64,000 bases of DNA from Eledone cirrhosa (GCA_964016885.1 OZ024743.1:223138001-223202000); one strand, 5' to 3'; positions 13,901 to 34,282 are shown, counted from the first letter of the stretch. Notes: generated from the sequence alone by a model not told the origin. Program-made: numbers and translations.

Positions 13901-14124
13901 GATGACCGATGGGTGAAGAAGTGCCAGGAATTGCCAGTTGAAGGAAGACGTGGTAGAGGTAGACCACGAAAAACATGGGCGGAGGTGGTGAGAACAGACC
14001 TCAGATCATTGAAGCTCACGGTGGCGATGACGAGGGACCGTGACGAGGGACCGTGACGAGTGGAGAGATGCTGTGCTGAATAAGACCCATCCCACCCTTG
14101 CAAGCAGGGAAAAGCGGACGTAAA

Positions 14125-14156
<32 letters not shown>
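10963..14156 (+). mobile_element. near full-length RTE-clade LINE (APE endonuclease, RT, PHD-like finger)
   Basis: APE motifs (ATLNVGTL, CVQEVRW, GDFNGH, QIDFLL); RT motifs (QFGF, FVDLEKAFD, GVHQGSVLSP, LYADD); C-terminal RGRGRPRKTW; (TGA)n tail; flanked by (TA)n. Frameshift near 12390 and a 13-bp duplication at 14028-14053. Confidence 0.95.
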
Positions 14157-14395
14157 ATATATATATATATATATTAATTTGTGTTTGAGACACGTTGGCT
14201 GAGAGCTTTTGACGGCAACGAAAAGATTTGTTTTCTATTCTCCCGCCACCACGCACAGTTTGTATATCGGTGGCTGATCGAGAGACAGAGTTGTATCAGA
14301 TTCCAGTTGCTAATCACTTTACTGTGTCGGCTGTCACAAACAGTCATAGCCGGTATGGGCTGGAGTTTGGATCTGTCGATTGATTGGTTATTGGT

Positions 14396-14520
14396 TAGTC
14401 GATACCTGCTGATGAAGCCACATATGCCGATTATGCATTGTTGCATAATATATGCAGACAGAGGGTGCAGTGCACCCTACTGCTGCATTAAGTGTGGCTG
14501 AAACTCGAGTCCGGGAACTA
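14396..14520 (+). ncRNA. type I hammerhead ribozyme with extended, branched stem II (family C)
   Basis: Stem I ccug/cggg plus distal uagu/acua; CUGAUGA 14409-14415; stem II agccaca/uguggcu enclosing two hairpins; GAAA at 14500; stem III ACUCGAGU; GUC site, cut after 14511. Confidence 0.85.
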
Positions 14521-14708
14521 TTATAGGCACCCGTTTTACGTGTGTTGTGTTGAGGCAAATAACTATGTGTATACTCTGGCAATGTATCCTACATTACACA
14601 TTTAGTACACTGCGATACAACTGGTCCTGGCATTGATGAATATGCTGGGTCCGTCAACTCCTTATTATATATAAGAAATATATATATATATAAATGAAAG
14701 GTATATAT

Positions 14709-14971
14709 CAGTAGCGTAGCTAGAGGGGCGTGAGGTGGGGGGTGGGGGTTTCGCCTCGGGCGACACTTTTATGGGGGTGGCACTTTCGGGTGTGCTGCAG
14801 ACTATAAACGTTCTTTTAATGCAACAGCATATTATAATTGTACACAGACTAGTTAATATATATAACTAAGAGTGAGTTACTGAGCAATATGTATTTTTTG
14901 TCGGGGCCCGGGGGGGGGGGGGACTAACTGAAGGGATGCCTCGGGTGGCACACACTCTAGTTACGTCACTG
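14709..14971. mobile_element. hAT-like MITE
   Basis: 17-bp imperfect TIRs cagtagcgtagctagag / ctctagttacgtcactg; flanks gtatatat / atatatat. Confidence 0.7.
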
Positions 14972-15104
14972 ATATATATATATATATATACATACACATT
15001 CATTTTATTAAGGTTAAATGAGCTTTGCCTGTTTATCACATAAAATGAATATTAAAAATCTACTTCGGTATTGAGTACTCTTTTCTCTTACGGATATATA
15101 TATA

Positions 15105-15181
15105 CAGGGTGTCCCAAAAATGTATGCATACATTGATTAGAATGTTGTTGAAGTATGTATACATTTTTCTGGGACACCCTG
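15105..15181. mobile_element. tiny Tc1-type MITE
   Basis: ta|cagggtgtccca...tgggacaccctg|ta palindrome. Confidence 0.75.
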
Positions 15182-15187
15182 TATGTT

Positions 15188-15218
<31 letters not shown>

Positions 15219-15399
15219 TTGTGTGTGTGTGCGTGTGTATACATATGCAGCGAGAGAGAAAGAGAAAGAGTAGGCTAGAGTCCCGAGAGTAAGAATGAAA
15301 GTGAAAAGAAAAAAAACAACAGTATTAGAAGTGTAGAAAAAAAAGAATGAGTGTGTGTAAATAGAAAGAGTGTATGTAAACATAAGGAGTGGGAGGCAC

Positions 15400-15460
<61 letters not shown>

Positions 15461-16095
15461 TCAGAAAAAGAAAGAGAAATAGATATCTGTCATAGAGAAT
15501 TGAAAGAGGGAGGAGATAAGTCTTCACTAGATTGTTTGCGTGATTACAAATTGTGAGTCGTGACTGTCTTGCCAACAACAGTTGAGGTAAACAGTACATG
15601 AGAGATTCCCCGCCTCAGTAATAGATAACGTAGCACATCCCCAATAACAACATAGGAAGCTTGGGTTCCCTGCCTCAATAATAACAACATAAGAAGCCTG
15701 GTTCCCTGCCTCGTTATAACTAACTGCTAGCAGACTACTACTGCGATGTCACTAACTAGATTTCTACGAAGCTGAATTAATTCTTCTACATTTATTCAAG
15801 AGGGACTGCAGCAGAGAGCAGCACCATCAATATTTTAGCGACGGAGTAATGAACTCGATTATGATTTTATTCAATCATTTAATGGATTACTAAAAGAAAA
15901 GAAAATATTATAAGCTGGGTTTTTGATTTAACTACCAAATCATTCTGGTAGGTTATTATTTGCTGTTTTTCCTCTTTATTTCTGTAACTAAAATATTGCT
16001 TCACTCATTATTTAGCGTGTTCTCATCGCTCTTCATGTCTATCGTCTACACACATATATATACACACACACACTGTCTTTACCTGTTTCAGCACC

Positions 16096-16136
<41 letters not shown>

Positions 16137-16237
16137 CAAGGTGTCCCCAAAAATGTATACACACTTTGATTACCTGTACAAGCAATATATCTATTAGAAT
16201 GCTGTTGAGGTGTGTATGCAATTTTTGGGACACCTTG
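16137..16237. mobile_element. tiny Tc1-type MITE, same family as 15105
   Basis: ta|caaggtgtccc...gggacaccttg|ta. Confidence 0.75.
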
Positions 16238-16386
16238 TATATATATTATATCGCCCAACAGTCATTTTAACCATCGAAAAAAAAACATCCAAAACTGTCC
16301 ATCATTTTACATTCATCAGTTATTTCTCCCTGTCAAAATTTCTGTCGCACTGTTTGCGACTTGGTCATTGACACAGTTCCAATGCA

Positions 16387-16433
<47 letters not shown>

Positions 16434-16478
16434 GTGTGTGTGCGTATATATATATATATATATGTAATGTGTTTATGG

Positions 16479-16517
<39 letters not shown>

Positions 16518-17258
16518 CACACGCATTACATATTTGCGTGTGTATGTAACATTGCGCACATTTTACGTAATGTCTTCACATTTCTACCATAACCTTAGCC
16601 ATTTTAAACTAATTTAATTATTGTCACCTATAATACACCCTCTTCCACACTCTCATATACAACCCTCCTGTATATATCTCAATGGAAACAAAATCTTTCA
16701 CACAAACGCGTTTTGGGGGACCTTCCTATCATACACGGTTTAAGTTTGGCCATAAGGTTTATTATATGTATTATAATATCTACACTACTTTCCTTAAAGT
16801 ACGGAGTACTCAGATGAATAATAATAGTTTTACTAATTTCAACTAGTAACATTTTATATATAATTTAATATTGTAGTTTTTAAGGTAAAAAAAAGATGTA
16901 CGAGGCACACGTACTCACATCTGTCTCTTACACAGTTGCTGGTGAGGTATATAATTAACTGTGTTTCTTGTTGTTGTTTAAAGAGAAGGGAGCAGACGAA
17001 GCTAGGTTAGAACTGGTGGAAGGGAAGAAGAAAGCGTCTTTCCTCCCACGCAGCTTGCTCTACCTGGAATAGATACACACAGGTTCTTGGAGATATTTAT
17101 TTATATAATAATAATATACATGCCAGCACGCACGCACACACCTTTCTGATTACATATACATGTTGAGCATCTCTATCTATCGTGCGCGCGTGTGCGTGGT
17201 TGAAAACGAACGAACAAAACACTGGAAGCAATTGTACACATATGTGTATGTATGTATA

Positions 17259-17363
<105 letters not shown>

Positions 17364-17777
17364 GTGTGTGTGTGTGTATGTGTGTGTATATATATATATA
17401 TATATACACATCTGTGTGTGTATAACCTCCATTTTTCCATTTCACAACATTATTTCTAATCCCTCCGAGGTTGACTTTGCCTTTCATCCTTACGGGGTCG
17501 ATAAAATAAAGTACCAGTAATGCACTGGGTATTTGCTGGCCTTGTGCCTAAAGTAGAGACAATTATTTCTCCAAAAGTGTTTTGCCATTCACAATTGGTC
17601 TAGTCTTTCTAACAATGCCCTGTTGAGGTGACCCACAATATCCTGTGTGTAAATGGTGTTCATATTACCAATTCGTTTTCCCTCTTACAAGACATTTATG
17701 GTTTAAAACTGTATATATATTGACATGAGATTTTCATCAAAAACCTTCCATCCATAACCATCTTTTTCTTTTTTAGA

Positions 17778-18185
17778 CATATCATATATAGGATTGCATT
17801 ATCCAATATGTCTTTGCCTTGGCAATGTGGTAGATTTGGCTCCTATTTCTAGCAGATGGAGTGACTGACTAGTTGCTCCCCTCTCCCTCTGCTCACAATC
17901 GAGATAACCAAGCGCTGTTTATCCTTCTCAATCCAGAGTCCAAACCCTTCTGGGATAACTAGTCTATATAACTATAAGGTATATCATATATACGATTGCA
18001 TTATCCAATATGTCTTTGCTTAACAATGAGGTAGATCGAGCGACTACGACCAGTTACCCCTCTCCCTCTGCTCACAATCGAGATAACCAAGCACTATTTA
18101 TCCCTCTCAATCCAGAGTTCAAACTCTTCTGGGATAGCTCGTCTTCTCCCTACTGATATGCTTATCTAACTATCATAAGGTATAT
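17778..18185. repeat. local tandem duplication, about 200-bp unit x2
   Basis: gattgcattatccaatatgtctttgc and ctctccctctgctcacaatcgagataaccaagc each occur twice. Confidence 0.85.
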
Positions 18186-19249
18186 CTTGTAGTTGAAGAC
18201 TAAATGACCAAGTTCTTATTTGAGTTCAAATCCCACCGAGGTTAGCTTTGCTTTTCGTCTTTACGGGGTCGATAAAATAAAGCACCAGTAATGCACTGGG
18301 GTCGATTTAATCAAGCCTCCCAAAATTGCTGGCCTTGTGCCTAAAGTAGAAACAATTATGAGAAGATGGTAGTGTCTGAAACGATATCACAGGATGAAAT
18401 TGTTCTGCCAGCCTACATTTTGAGTTCAAATCCTGCCTGCATCTATAGAATATGTACCAGAGGATGACTATTTTCCCTCCACAAATTTACGGCCTTGTAC
18501 CAGTGTAAGAAACGACAGTACAACAGGACTGATAAGACTGAAGCTTAGGGATCCTGTAAGGACTAGGAACTCTATAATTTTTTTTCGGTGTAGTATGATA
18601 AAAGAATGTATATTGAAAGCCTATGAACCCGGCAATGTGTTAATACGACCCTACAGTACAGCATCCGGCTAGATCCTTTAAGAAATTTATTTGTGGCTTT
18701 CGGTTTTTTCAGTTTAAATCATGCCTGTGTCCTCTGTCTGTTGAATGTATGCATGAGGCATTCTTTAAACTCCTCAAATACGTATATATTGATGTCTCTG
18801 CAATATAAAACATGGCACAGACACATCTTAGCGTATTAGTATTTTGTGTGTGCACCCAGTATAATTCTAAATTCGTTTTGGTGCAGAACTCGTGATGATA
18901 TGGCCGAGTGTTCAAGGCTTTAGACTTACTCTCCGCCAAATGTTTAGCTCAGTACTTCCCAACCTTTTCAGTACAAACGATCCCTTTTATTCAAATCACT
19001 TTTCCCACGGACTCCCCGCTACAATTACTCTCTTCCCAGATTGTTATAGAGTGAAATTAACAATTGAAAGAAAAGAAAGAAAAAAAAGATAAATGTTTAT
19101 AGTTAAAGAAGAATGCATAATAACGTGTGTATATTATCTTATTAACAAGGTGCTTGGAATTTTGAAGTTCGTCGAATGGCCTCAGATTCAGAATTAATAG
19201 TTTAGATGGATCAACAGGATAACAAACTGATTAGCAGACATGGTTTTAC

Positions 19250-19684
19250 AAAAACTTACTACCACCTCCTCAAAATAATTGTAATTTCTTACGCAGACAT
19301 GTAGGAGGATGGTGATGAAGGTGGAGGTGTCTTAGCCTGTATTTTGACATTACTGTTTCATGCAGGTGCCTCAGTTCACCTGGCTGTCGGTGCTGAAGCT
19401 ACGAATGATATCACATAGAATGGCGTCTTACACTGAACGCTATAATATAAACCCCATCGAAGCACCACTTCTCAAATATTTCTAAACCCTGAACATTTTC
19501 AGAGCCCTAAGATCGCTGTCATTTAAGTCTACGATTTAGGTTTCGCTTCCTGTTGTCGTAAATTGAAGCTCTTAATCTTCTAGAGGCAGTCATAGGCAAC
19601 ACGCAATCCTTTCTTATTTTACAAATGTGTTGCCTTGTAATAATGTAAGAAATAATTATTGCTAGGAGGCGGTAGTAAGTTTTT
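19250..19684. mobile_element. foldback/MITE-like element with about 40-bp inverted ends
   Basis: aaaaacttactaccacctcct...atttcttac versus gtaagaaat...aggaggcggtagtaagttttt. Confidence 0.6.
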
Positions 19685-20199
19685 AACATACCAAGTTTGG
19701 TTGACAATATTCGATCGATTTATTCGGCTTGCACAATCGAAATAATTCACCAGCCAAAACAGCATCAATACCAATCACCACTCCGAGTGAATCCATCATC
19801 TCTCTCTACCCACACATCCCTGGGTTAGATTGTAGACTATTTATGTAGTTGATATAAGGGAAGTTGAATCTAATGCAGTTTTTTTTTCTAAGAAACATAG
19901 GTAACATTCCTCTTCTTGCAGTACGAGGTTTCCTCAATTCAACCCCATTTTCAATTGTTGTTTAATTATTTTCATAAAAGATGAGCAAGCTTTTCAAACC
20001 ACAATTTTTGTGTAGTCTGAAGTAGCAATTTTTTGTATACTTATATTCATGATCACCATTATAGTTGGGTATATTAGCGTTTCATTTGATATATAAATAT
20101 ATATAGGGGTATAACGTGAAGTTACTCTAGGTTTACCCAGGTGAGCACTCGATGTTTAGGTTAACGTCAGTGGCGAGGTGTAGAGCTAAACAGAGTGTA

Positions 20200-26343
<6,144 letters not shown>

Positions 26344-26543
26344 NNNNNNNNNNNNNNNNNNNNNNNNNNNNNNNNNNNNNNNNNNNNNNNNNNNNNNNNN
26401 NNNNNNNNNNNNNNNNNNNNNNNNNNNNNNNNNNNNNNNNNNNNNNNNNNNNNNNNNNNNNNNNNNNNNNNNNNNNNNNNNNNNNNNNNNNNNNNNNNNN
26501 NNNNNNNNNNNNNNNNNNNNNNNNNNNNNNNNNNNNNNNNNNN
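26344..26543. other. assembly gap
   Basis: 200 N. Confidence 1.
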
Positions 26544-26619
26544 ATAAAAGCACTCGACAAATATTTGGAGTATATTTACAATATTAAATAAATGGAAACT
26601 ATATTTATAAAACCATATT

Positions 26620-26685
26620 TATTTCATTATATATATTTCGGGGATATCATATTAACAATATGCTATGCCTTCCTCAGACAAAATA
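26620..26685 (-). ncRNA. type I hammerhead ribozyme (family B variant)
   Basis: Reverse complement of the motif at 28781-28846. Confidence 0.7.
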
Positions 26686-28780
26686 CAATATAAACAGTTT
26701 TATAGATAAATAGATTCGACATACCGTTATAACACCGACTTCCATTTGAAGAGGTTTACGCTGGCAGTGAAAACATTTTACACAGAGAGAAAGAAAGAGA
26801 GAAAAAAAAGAAAGAAAGACAGAAAACGAAGAAAAGGAAGAAAAAGAAGAAATGCATGGAACAAAATAGAGAGATGGAAAGATAGATAAAGCGAAGAACT
26901 TCATGTAAAGAAACAGAAAGAGATATATATATAGAGAGAGAGGAAATAGAGATAGATACATATATATATAGAAAATTAGGTAGTGGGAGGTCATTTTGAG
27001 TAAATGTATCAATGATACATTTATTTATTTATTTATTTATTTAGCTCAAGTATTAATGTAAGGGAGATATATAGAGAGAAAAAAAAAAATATAGAGAGAG
27101 GAAAAAATAGCGAGAGAAAAAAATTTAAAAATAGCCAGATATATTCGAGGCGTAAAAACACTATGTTTTAATGTATTAGTATTTATAAAACTTAGACTAT
27201 ATTGTAAATATCAGTATTCCTGAATGAGACAAGTACCCAAAGTGTGTGAAAATTAATTATCTTATGTTTAGTTTTAAAAAATTCATATGTTTATGTGACA
27301 GCTACAAACATCAATGCGAATCCACATGATTCACCCTGCAAACTCTAAGTTCACGGAAAACATTCTCAATGTGGTATAAAAATTTGAGCATACATATATG
27401 TGTATTAATTATTATTCCTGTCTTTACTCTACAAGATTATCTATCAAGCAGAAATAGAGAGCAGATTTCAATATACTAATAAAAATATATATCAGAAACA
27501 AAACTAAAAAAATAAAAAAGATAACAATAATAATAATAATAAGTAAAAATAAGTAATAATAAAATAGAAAACTAAAAAATATTACGGAAGAATATTACAT
27601 AATAAAAATATTACATATTAAAAATATTACGTATTAAAAGATATTACGTATTAAAAATTTACATATTAAAGATATTAAAAATAAAAATAAAAAATAAAAA
27701 ATATTATAAAATACTACAATAATAAAAAATAAAAAATAAAAATAAAAATAAACCACAAAGATCAACCCTTCAAAATTAATTGACAATATATTGCCAAGTT
27801 CATTACAAGACAAAGCCAAAAATTATCTATCAAATCACATCTAGCAAAGATCATTTCAAAAAGTCTATGGTGTCCAAATTGGTCTACATATGTTCTTATA
27901 TTTAATATAGAAGTTTATCTAGTGTAAGGTTTATTCAAAAAATTTGGAGCATCAGCTTTTAGGGTAGCTTAATTTTTCATGAGGAATGTTTAAATAAAAA
28001 TAAAATAAAAATAAACAATAAAAAAGAATAAAAAGAAGGAATCAAAAATTTAGGAATCAAAAATTTATCGGCTAGTTTCCCATATAAATATAAATCAAAC
28101 TAAATATACTACATTTTAAATTTAAATTTATATTTAAACGTTGAGTTTAATCTATGTTTGCAACAACTGAATAAATTTGTCCGTAGGTTAAGGGAATTTT
28201 TAGATTTTAGTATAAAGAATATCTCCTCTGCGCAGAGGTCACATGTCTCAGAGGATGAATTAAAAGGAATCCCTCTTGAGACTATATTCCAAACCGTCGA
28301 ATATCTAACGTTATCTAGCTTAAGTTGCCAGAGTACGCCTGATAGTGCCGTTGAAGATTTTTTTTCCTCTCTCTATATTTTTTTTTTTTTTCTCTCTATA
28401 TATCTCCCTTACATTAATACTTGAGCTAAATAAATAAATAAATAAATGTATCATTGATACATTTACTCAAAATGACCTCCCACTACCTAATTTTCTATAT
28501 ATATATGTATCTATCTCTATTTCCTCTCTATATATATATATATCTCTTTCTGTTTCTTTACATGAAGTTCTTCGCTTTATCTATCTTTCCATCTCTCTAT
28601 TTTGTTCCATGCATTTCTTCTTTTTCTTCCTTTTCTTCGTTTTCTGTCTTTCTTTCTTTTTTTTCTCTTTTTCTTTCTCTCTGTGTAAAATTTTTTCACT
28701 GCCAGCGTAAACCTCTTCAAATGGAAGTCGGTGTTATAACGGTATGTCGAATCTATTTATCTATAAAACTGTTTATATTA

Positions 28781-28846
28781 TATTTTGTCTGAGGAAGGCA
28801 TAGCATATTGTTAATATGATATCCCCGAAATATATATAATGAAATA
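28781..28846 (+). ncRNA. type I hammerhead ribozyme (family B variant)
   Basis: uauuuugu CUGAGGA aggcauagcauauu guu aauaugauaucccc GAA AUAUAUAU A augaaaua; 8-bp stem I with 2 GU pairs; cut predicted after 28838. Confidence 0.7.
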
Positions 28847-28889
28847 AATATGGTTTTATAAATATAGTTTCCATTTATTTAATATTGTA

Positions 28890-30462
<1,573 letters not shown>

Positions 30463-30576
30463 TTGAAAAAAATGAAAACGAAATTTCATTTCTCACTCTT
30501 AGTATGGCACTTACTTAAATGTAAGTATGTATGTATACGTACATACATATATGTATACAGACGTACAGCAGCATGC

Positions 30577-30643
<67 letters not shown>

Positions 30644-30818
30644 TATATACAGACATGCATACATGTACACATACATATATGCACGCATAAGTTTAGCCGG
30701 CGTTTATTATAACGCCGGCCGCTTTGTTCGTTTGTTTGTCAACAAAGCGAACAGCCTGAATTTATGCCATATGGTGTTAAGGCAACCACGTCACCTTTTT
30801 GTTCAACACTGACACAGG

Positions 30819-30863
30819 AACGATGTACTAGTTTCAAGCTTGTTAGCTATCATCAGCACCGTT
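30819..30863 (-). ncRNA. type I hammerhead (family A), unit 1
   Basis: aacggug CUGAUGA u agcu aaca agcu u GAA ACUAGU A caucguu; 7-bp stem I; cut between 30826 and 30825. Confidence 0.8.
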
Positions 30864-31114
30864 TACCCATCTGCCAGATAGTTGAACGTTCGAAAGTATA
30901 TACTTTCCTTATGAAAATTAACGGCTGAGCAGCCTAATTTGCATATTGAGTGAGTTAAATCGGTCAGGCATACCGAAAACGATAAGTTGAAAAAAATGAA
31001 AACGAAATTTCATTTCTCACTCTTAGTATGGCACTTACTTAAATGTAAGTATGTATGTATACGTACATACATATATGTATACAGACGTACAGCAGCATGC
31101 ATATATATATATAC

Positions 31115-31171
<57 letters not shown>

Positions 31172-31346
31172 TATATACAGACATGCATACAGGTACACAT
31201 ACATATATGCACGCATCAGTTTAGCCGGCGTTTATTATAACGCCGGCCGCTTTGTTCGTTTGTTTGTCAACAAAGCGAACAGCCTGAATTTATGCCATAC
31301 GGTGTTAAGGCAACCACGTCACCTTTTTGTTCAACACTGACACAGG

Positions 31347-31391
31347 AACGATGTACTAGTTTCAAGCTTGTTAGCTATCATCAGCACCGTT
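31347..31391 (-). ncRNA. type I hammerhead (family A), unit 2
   Basis: Identical to unit 1. Confidence 0.8.
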
Positions 31392-31642
31392 TACCCATCT
31401 GCCAGATAGTTGAACGTTCGAAAGTATATACTTTCCTTATGAAAATTAACGGCTGAGCAGCCTAATTTGCATATTGAGTGAGTTAAATCGGTCAGGCATA
31501 CCGAAAACGATAAGTTGAAAAAAATGAAAACGAAATTTCATTTCTCACTCTTAGTATGGCACTTACTTAAATGTAAGTATGTATGTATACGTACATACAT
31601 ATATGTATACAGACGTACAGCAGCATGCATATATATATATAC

Positions 31643-31695
<53 letters not shown>

Positions 31696-31870
31696 TATAT
31701 ACAGACATGCATACAGGTACACATACATATATGCACGTATCAGTTTAGCCGGCGTTTATTATAACGCCGGCCGCTTTGTTCGTTTGTTTGTCAACAAAGC
31801 GAACAGCCTGAATTTATGCCATACGGTGTTAAGGCAACCACGTCACCTTTTTGTTCAACACTGACACAGG

Positions 31871-31915
31871 AACGATGTACTAGTTTCAAGCTTGTTAGCT
31901 ATCATCAGCACCGTT
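31871..31915 (-). ncRNA. type I hammerhead (family A), unit 3
   Basis: Identical to unit 1. Confidence 0.8.
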
Positions 31916-32166
31916 TACCCATCTGCCAGATAGTTGAACGTTCGAAAGTATATACTTTCCTTATGAAAATTAACGGCTGAGCAGCCTAATTTGCATATTG
32001 AGTGAGTTAAATCGGTCAGGCATACCGAAAACGATAAGTTGAAAAAAATGAAAACGAAATTTCATTTCTCACTCTTAGTATGGCACTTACTTAAATGTAA
32101 GTATGTATGTATACGTACATACATATATGTATACAGACGTACAGCAGCATGCATATATATATATAC

Positions 32167-32223
<57 letters not shown>

Positions 32224-32398
32224 TATATACAGACATGCATACAGGTACACATACATATATGCACGCATCAGTTTAGCCGGCGTTTATTATAACGCCGGCC
32301 GCTTTGTTCGTTTGTTTGTCAACAAAGCGAACAGCCTGAATTTATGCCATACGGTGTTAAGGCAACCACGTCACCTTTTTGTTCAACACTGACACAGG

Positions 32399-32443
32399 AA
32401 CGATGTACTAGTTTCAAGCTTGTTAGCTATCATCAGCACCTTT
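32399..32443 (-). ncRNA. type I hammerhead (family A), unit 4
   Basis: As unit 1, with one stem I mismatch (g>t at 32441). Confidence 0.7.
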
Positions 32444-32694
32444 TACCCATCTGCCAGATAGTTGAACGTTCGAAAGTATATACTTTCCTTATGAAAATTA
32501 ACGGCTGAGAAGCCTAATTTGCATATTGAGTGAGTTAAATCGGTCAGGCATACCGAAAACGATAAGTTGAAAAAAATGAAAACGAAATTTCATTTCTCAC
32601 TCTTAGTATGGCACTTACTTAAATGTAAGTATGTATGTATACGTACATACATATATGTATACAGACGTACAGCAGCATGCATATATATATATAC

Positions 32695-32747
<53 letters not shown>

Positions 32748-32922
32748 TATATACAGACATGCATACAGGTACACATACATATATGCACGCATCAGTTTAG
32801 CCGGCGTTTATTATAACGCCGGCCGCTTTGTTCGTTTGTTTGTCAACAAAGCGAACAGCCTGAATTTATGCCATACGGTGTTAAGGCAACCACGTCACCT
32901 TTTTGTTCAACACTGACACAGG

Positions 32923-32967
32923 AACGATGTACTAGTTTCAAGCTTGTTAGCTATCATCAGCACCGTT
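32923..32967 (-). ncRNA. type I hammerhead (family A), unit 5
   Basis: Identical to unit 1. Confidence 0.8.
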
Positions 32968-33302
32968 TACCCATCTGCCGTTTACCCATATATATATATT
33001 TATATATATATATATTTATATATATTTATTTATATACATATATATATTTATATATATTTATATATTTATATATTTATATATTTATATATATATATTTATA
33101 TATATATATTTATATATATATATATTTATATATATATATATTTATATATATATATATATATTCTTATATATATTTATATATATATAGTTATATATATATA
33201 TATATATTTATATATATAGTAATAATAATAAATTTCAAGACTAAAATCCAAAGAGGGCTCGATAAGGATAAATATATATCAAATATATAAGAACCGTAGA
33301 GC

Positions 33303-34193
33303 AAATATTTATTAAAATAACAGATTTAAGTTTAAGCAAAGAATCGCTGCTTTCACCCTTACCGGGATCTTCTGAAACTAACAAAGTCAATCTGTAAACG
33401 CAGAAGTGGATATTTCAAAAAACGCTGCAACTGGAGGAAGACAGGAAGACGATACTTTGGTTCGTGGAAACGTTCGCTGGCAAAGAACGAGAAAAAACAA
33501 ATAAGATACGTCATTAATAGGAGCGGTGAAAAACAATTACGCGCAAAGACAGAACAACGTTTATGGTATAAAAGTCGTCGTAGACTAATGTTCTCTTAGG
33601 TGGTTCATAGAGATGTTCTCCGGCAATAAACGAAAAAAACGAAGATAATACGTCATATGTGGAGCGTGGAGAACAATAGCACGCAAAGACAAAACCACGT
33701 AAATGGTATAGCAGAAGTCGTAGACTGAAATTCTAACTAGAAGACCGAATGAATCTCCGCTACAGAGTTAAGAACAAAGTAAATAAATACAATACAGAAG
33801 TAATAGATACATACCCACTAAGAAATACGTACATACACGAGCATACGCAAAACACTTACCATAGGTATACAAAACCACGCACATATAAATATGTGTGTGT
33901 GTATGCGTGTGTACAAATTAATAAATAATTAAATAAACGAAAATAAATACGTATATAACAAGTGCACACACATACCTCCATGTAAATACACGAATATTCG
34001 GAGACGTAAGTCAACCAAAACATGAAATACACGAACCAAAGTATCGTCTTCCTGTCTTCCTCCAGTTGCAACGTTTTTTGAAATATCCACTTCTGCGTTT
34101 ACAGATTGACTTTGTTAGTTTCAGAAGATCCCGTTAAGGATAAAAGCAGCGATTCTTTCCTTAAACTTTAATCTGTTATTTTAATAAATATTT
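33303..34193. mobile_element. element with about 165-bp inverted ends and internal diverged direct repeats, in (TA)n
   Basis: 33303-33466 is the reverse complement of 34030-34193; internal repeat of about 145 bp (about 33465-33600 versus 33612-33740); a further end fragment near 37670-37725. Confidence 0.7.
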
Positions 34194-34251
34194 ATATATA
34201 TATATATATTTTTTATATATATTTATATATTTATATATTAATATATTTATT

Positions 34252-34282
<31 letters not shown>

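Larger units (their letters stand above)
26577..28889. mobile_element. element bounded by about 530-bp inverted repeats, each carrying a hammerhead (Penelope pLTR-like)
   Basis: 26577-27107 is the near-identical reverse complement of 28360-28889; AT-rich 1.25-kb spacer with no recognisable ORF. Confidence 0.75.
30463..32988 (-). mobile_element. tandem array of about 4.8 units of 524/528 bp, one hammerhead per unit (retrozyme/pLTR-like)
   Basis: Units start at 30463, 30987, 31515, 32039 and 32567; only a few SNPs between them; flanked by (TA)n. Confidence 0.85.

Noticed and set aside
16919-17063. Minus-strand segment with good cag/gtgagt splice signals
   Set aside because: Stops in all three frames; a non-coding exon cannot be supported from sequence alone.
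30936-30943. Octamer ATTTGCAT in each array unit as a promoter element
   Set aside because: A single 8-mer with no supporting promoter context.
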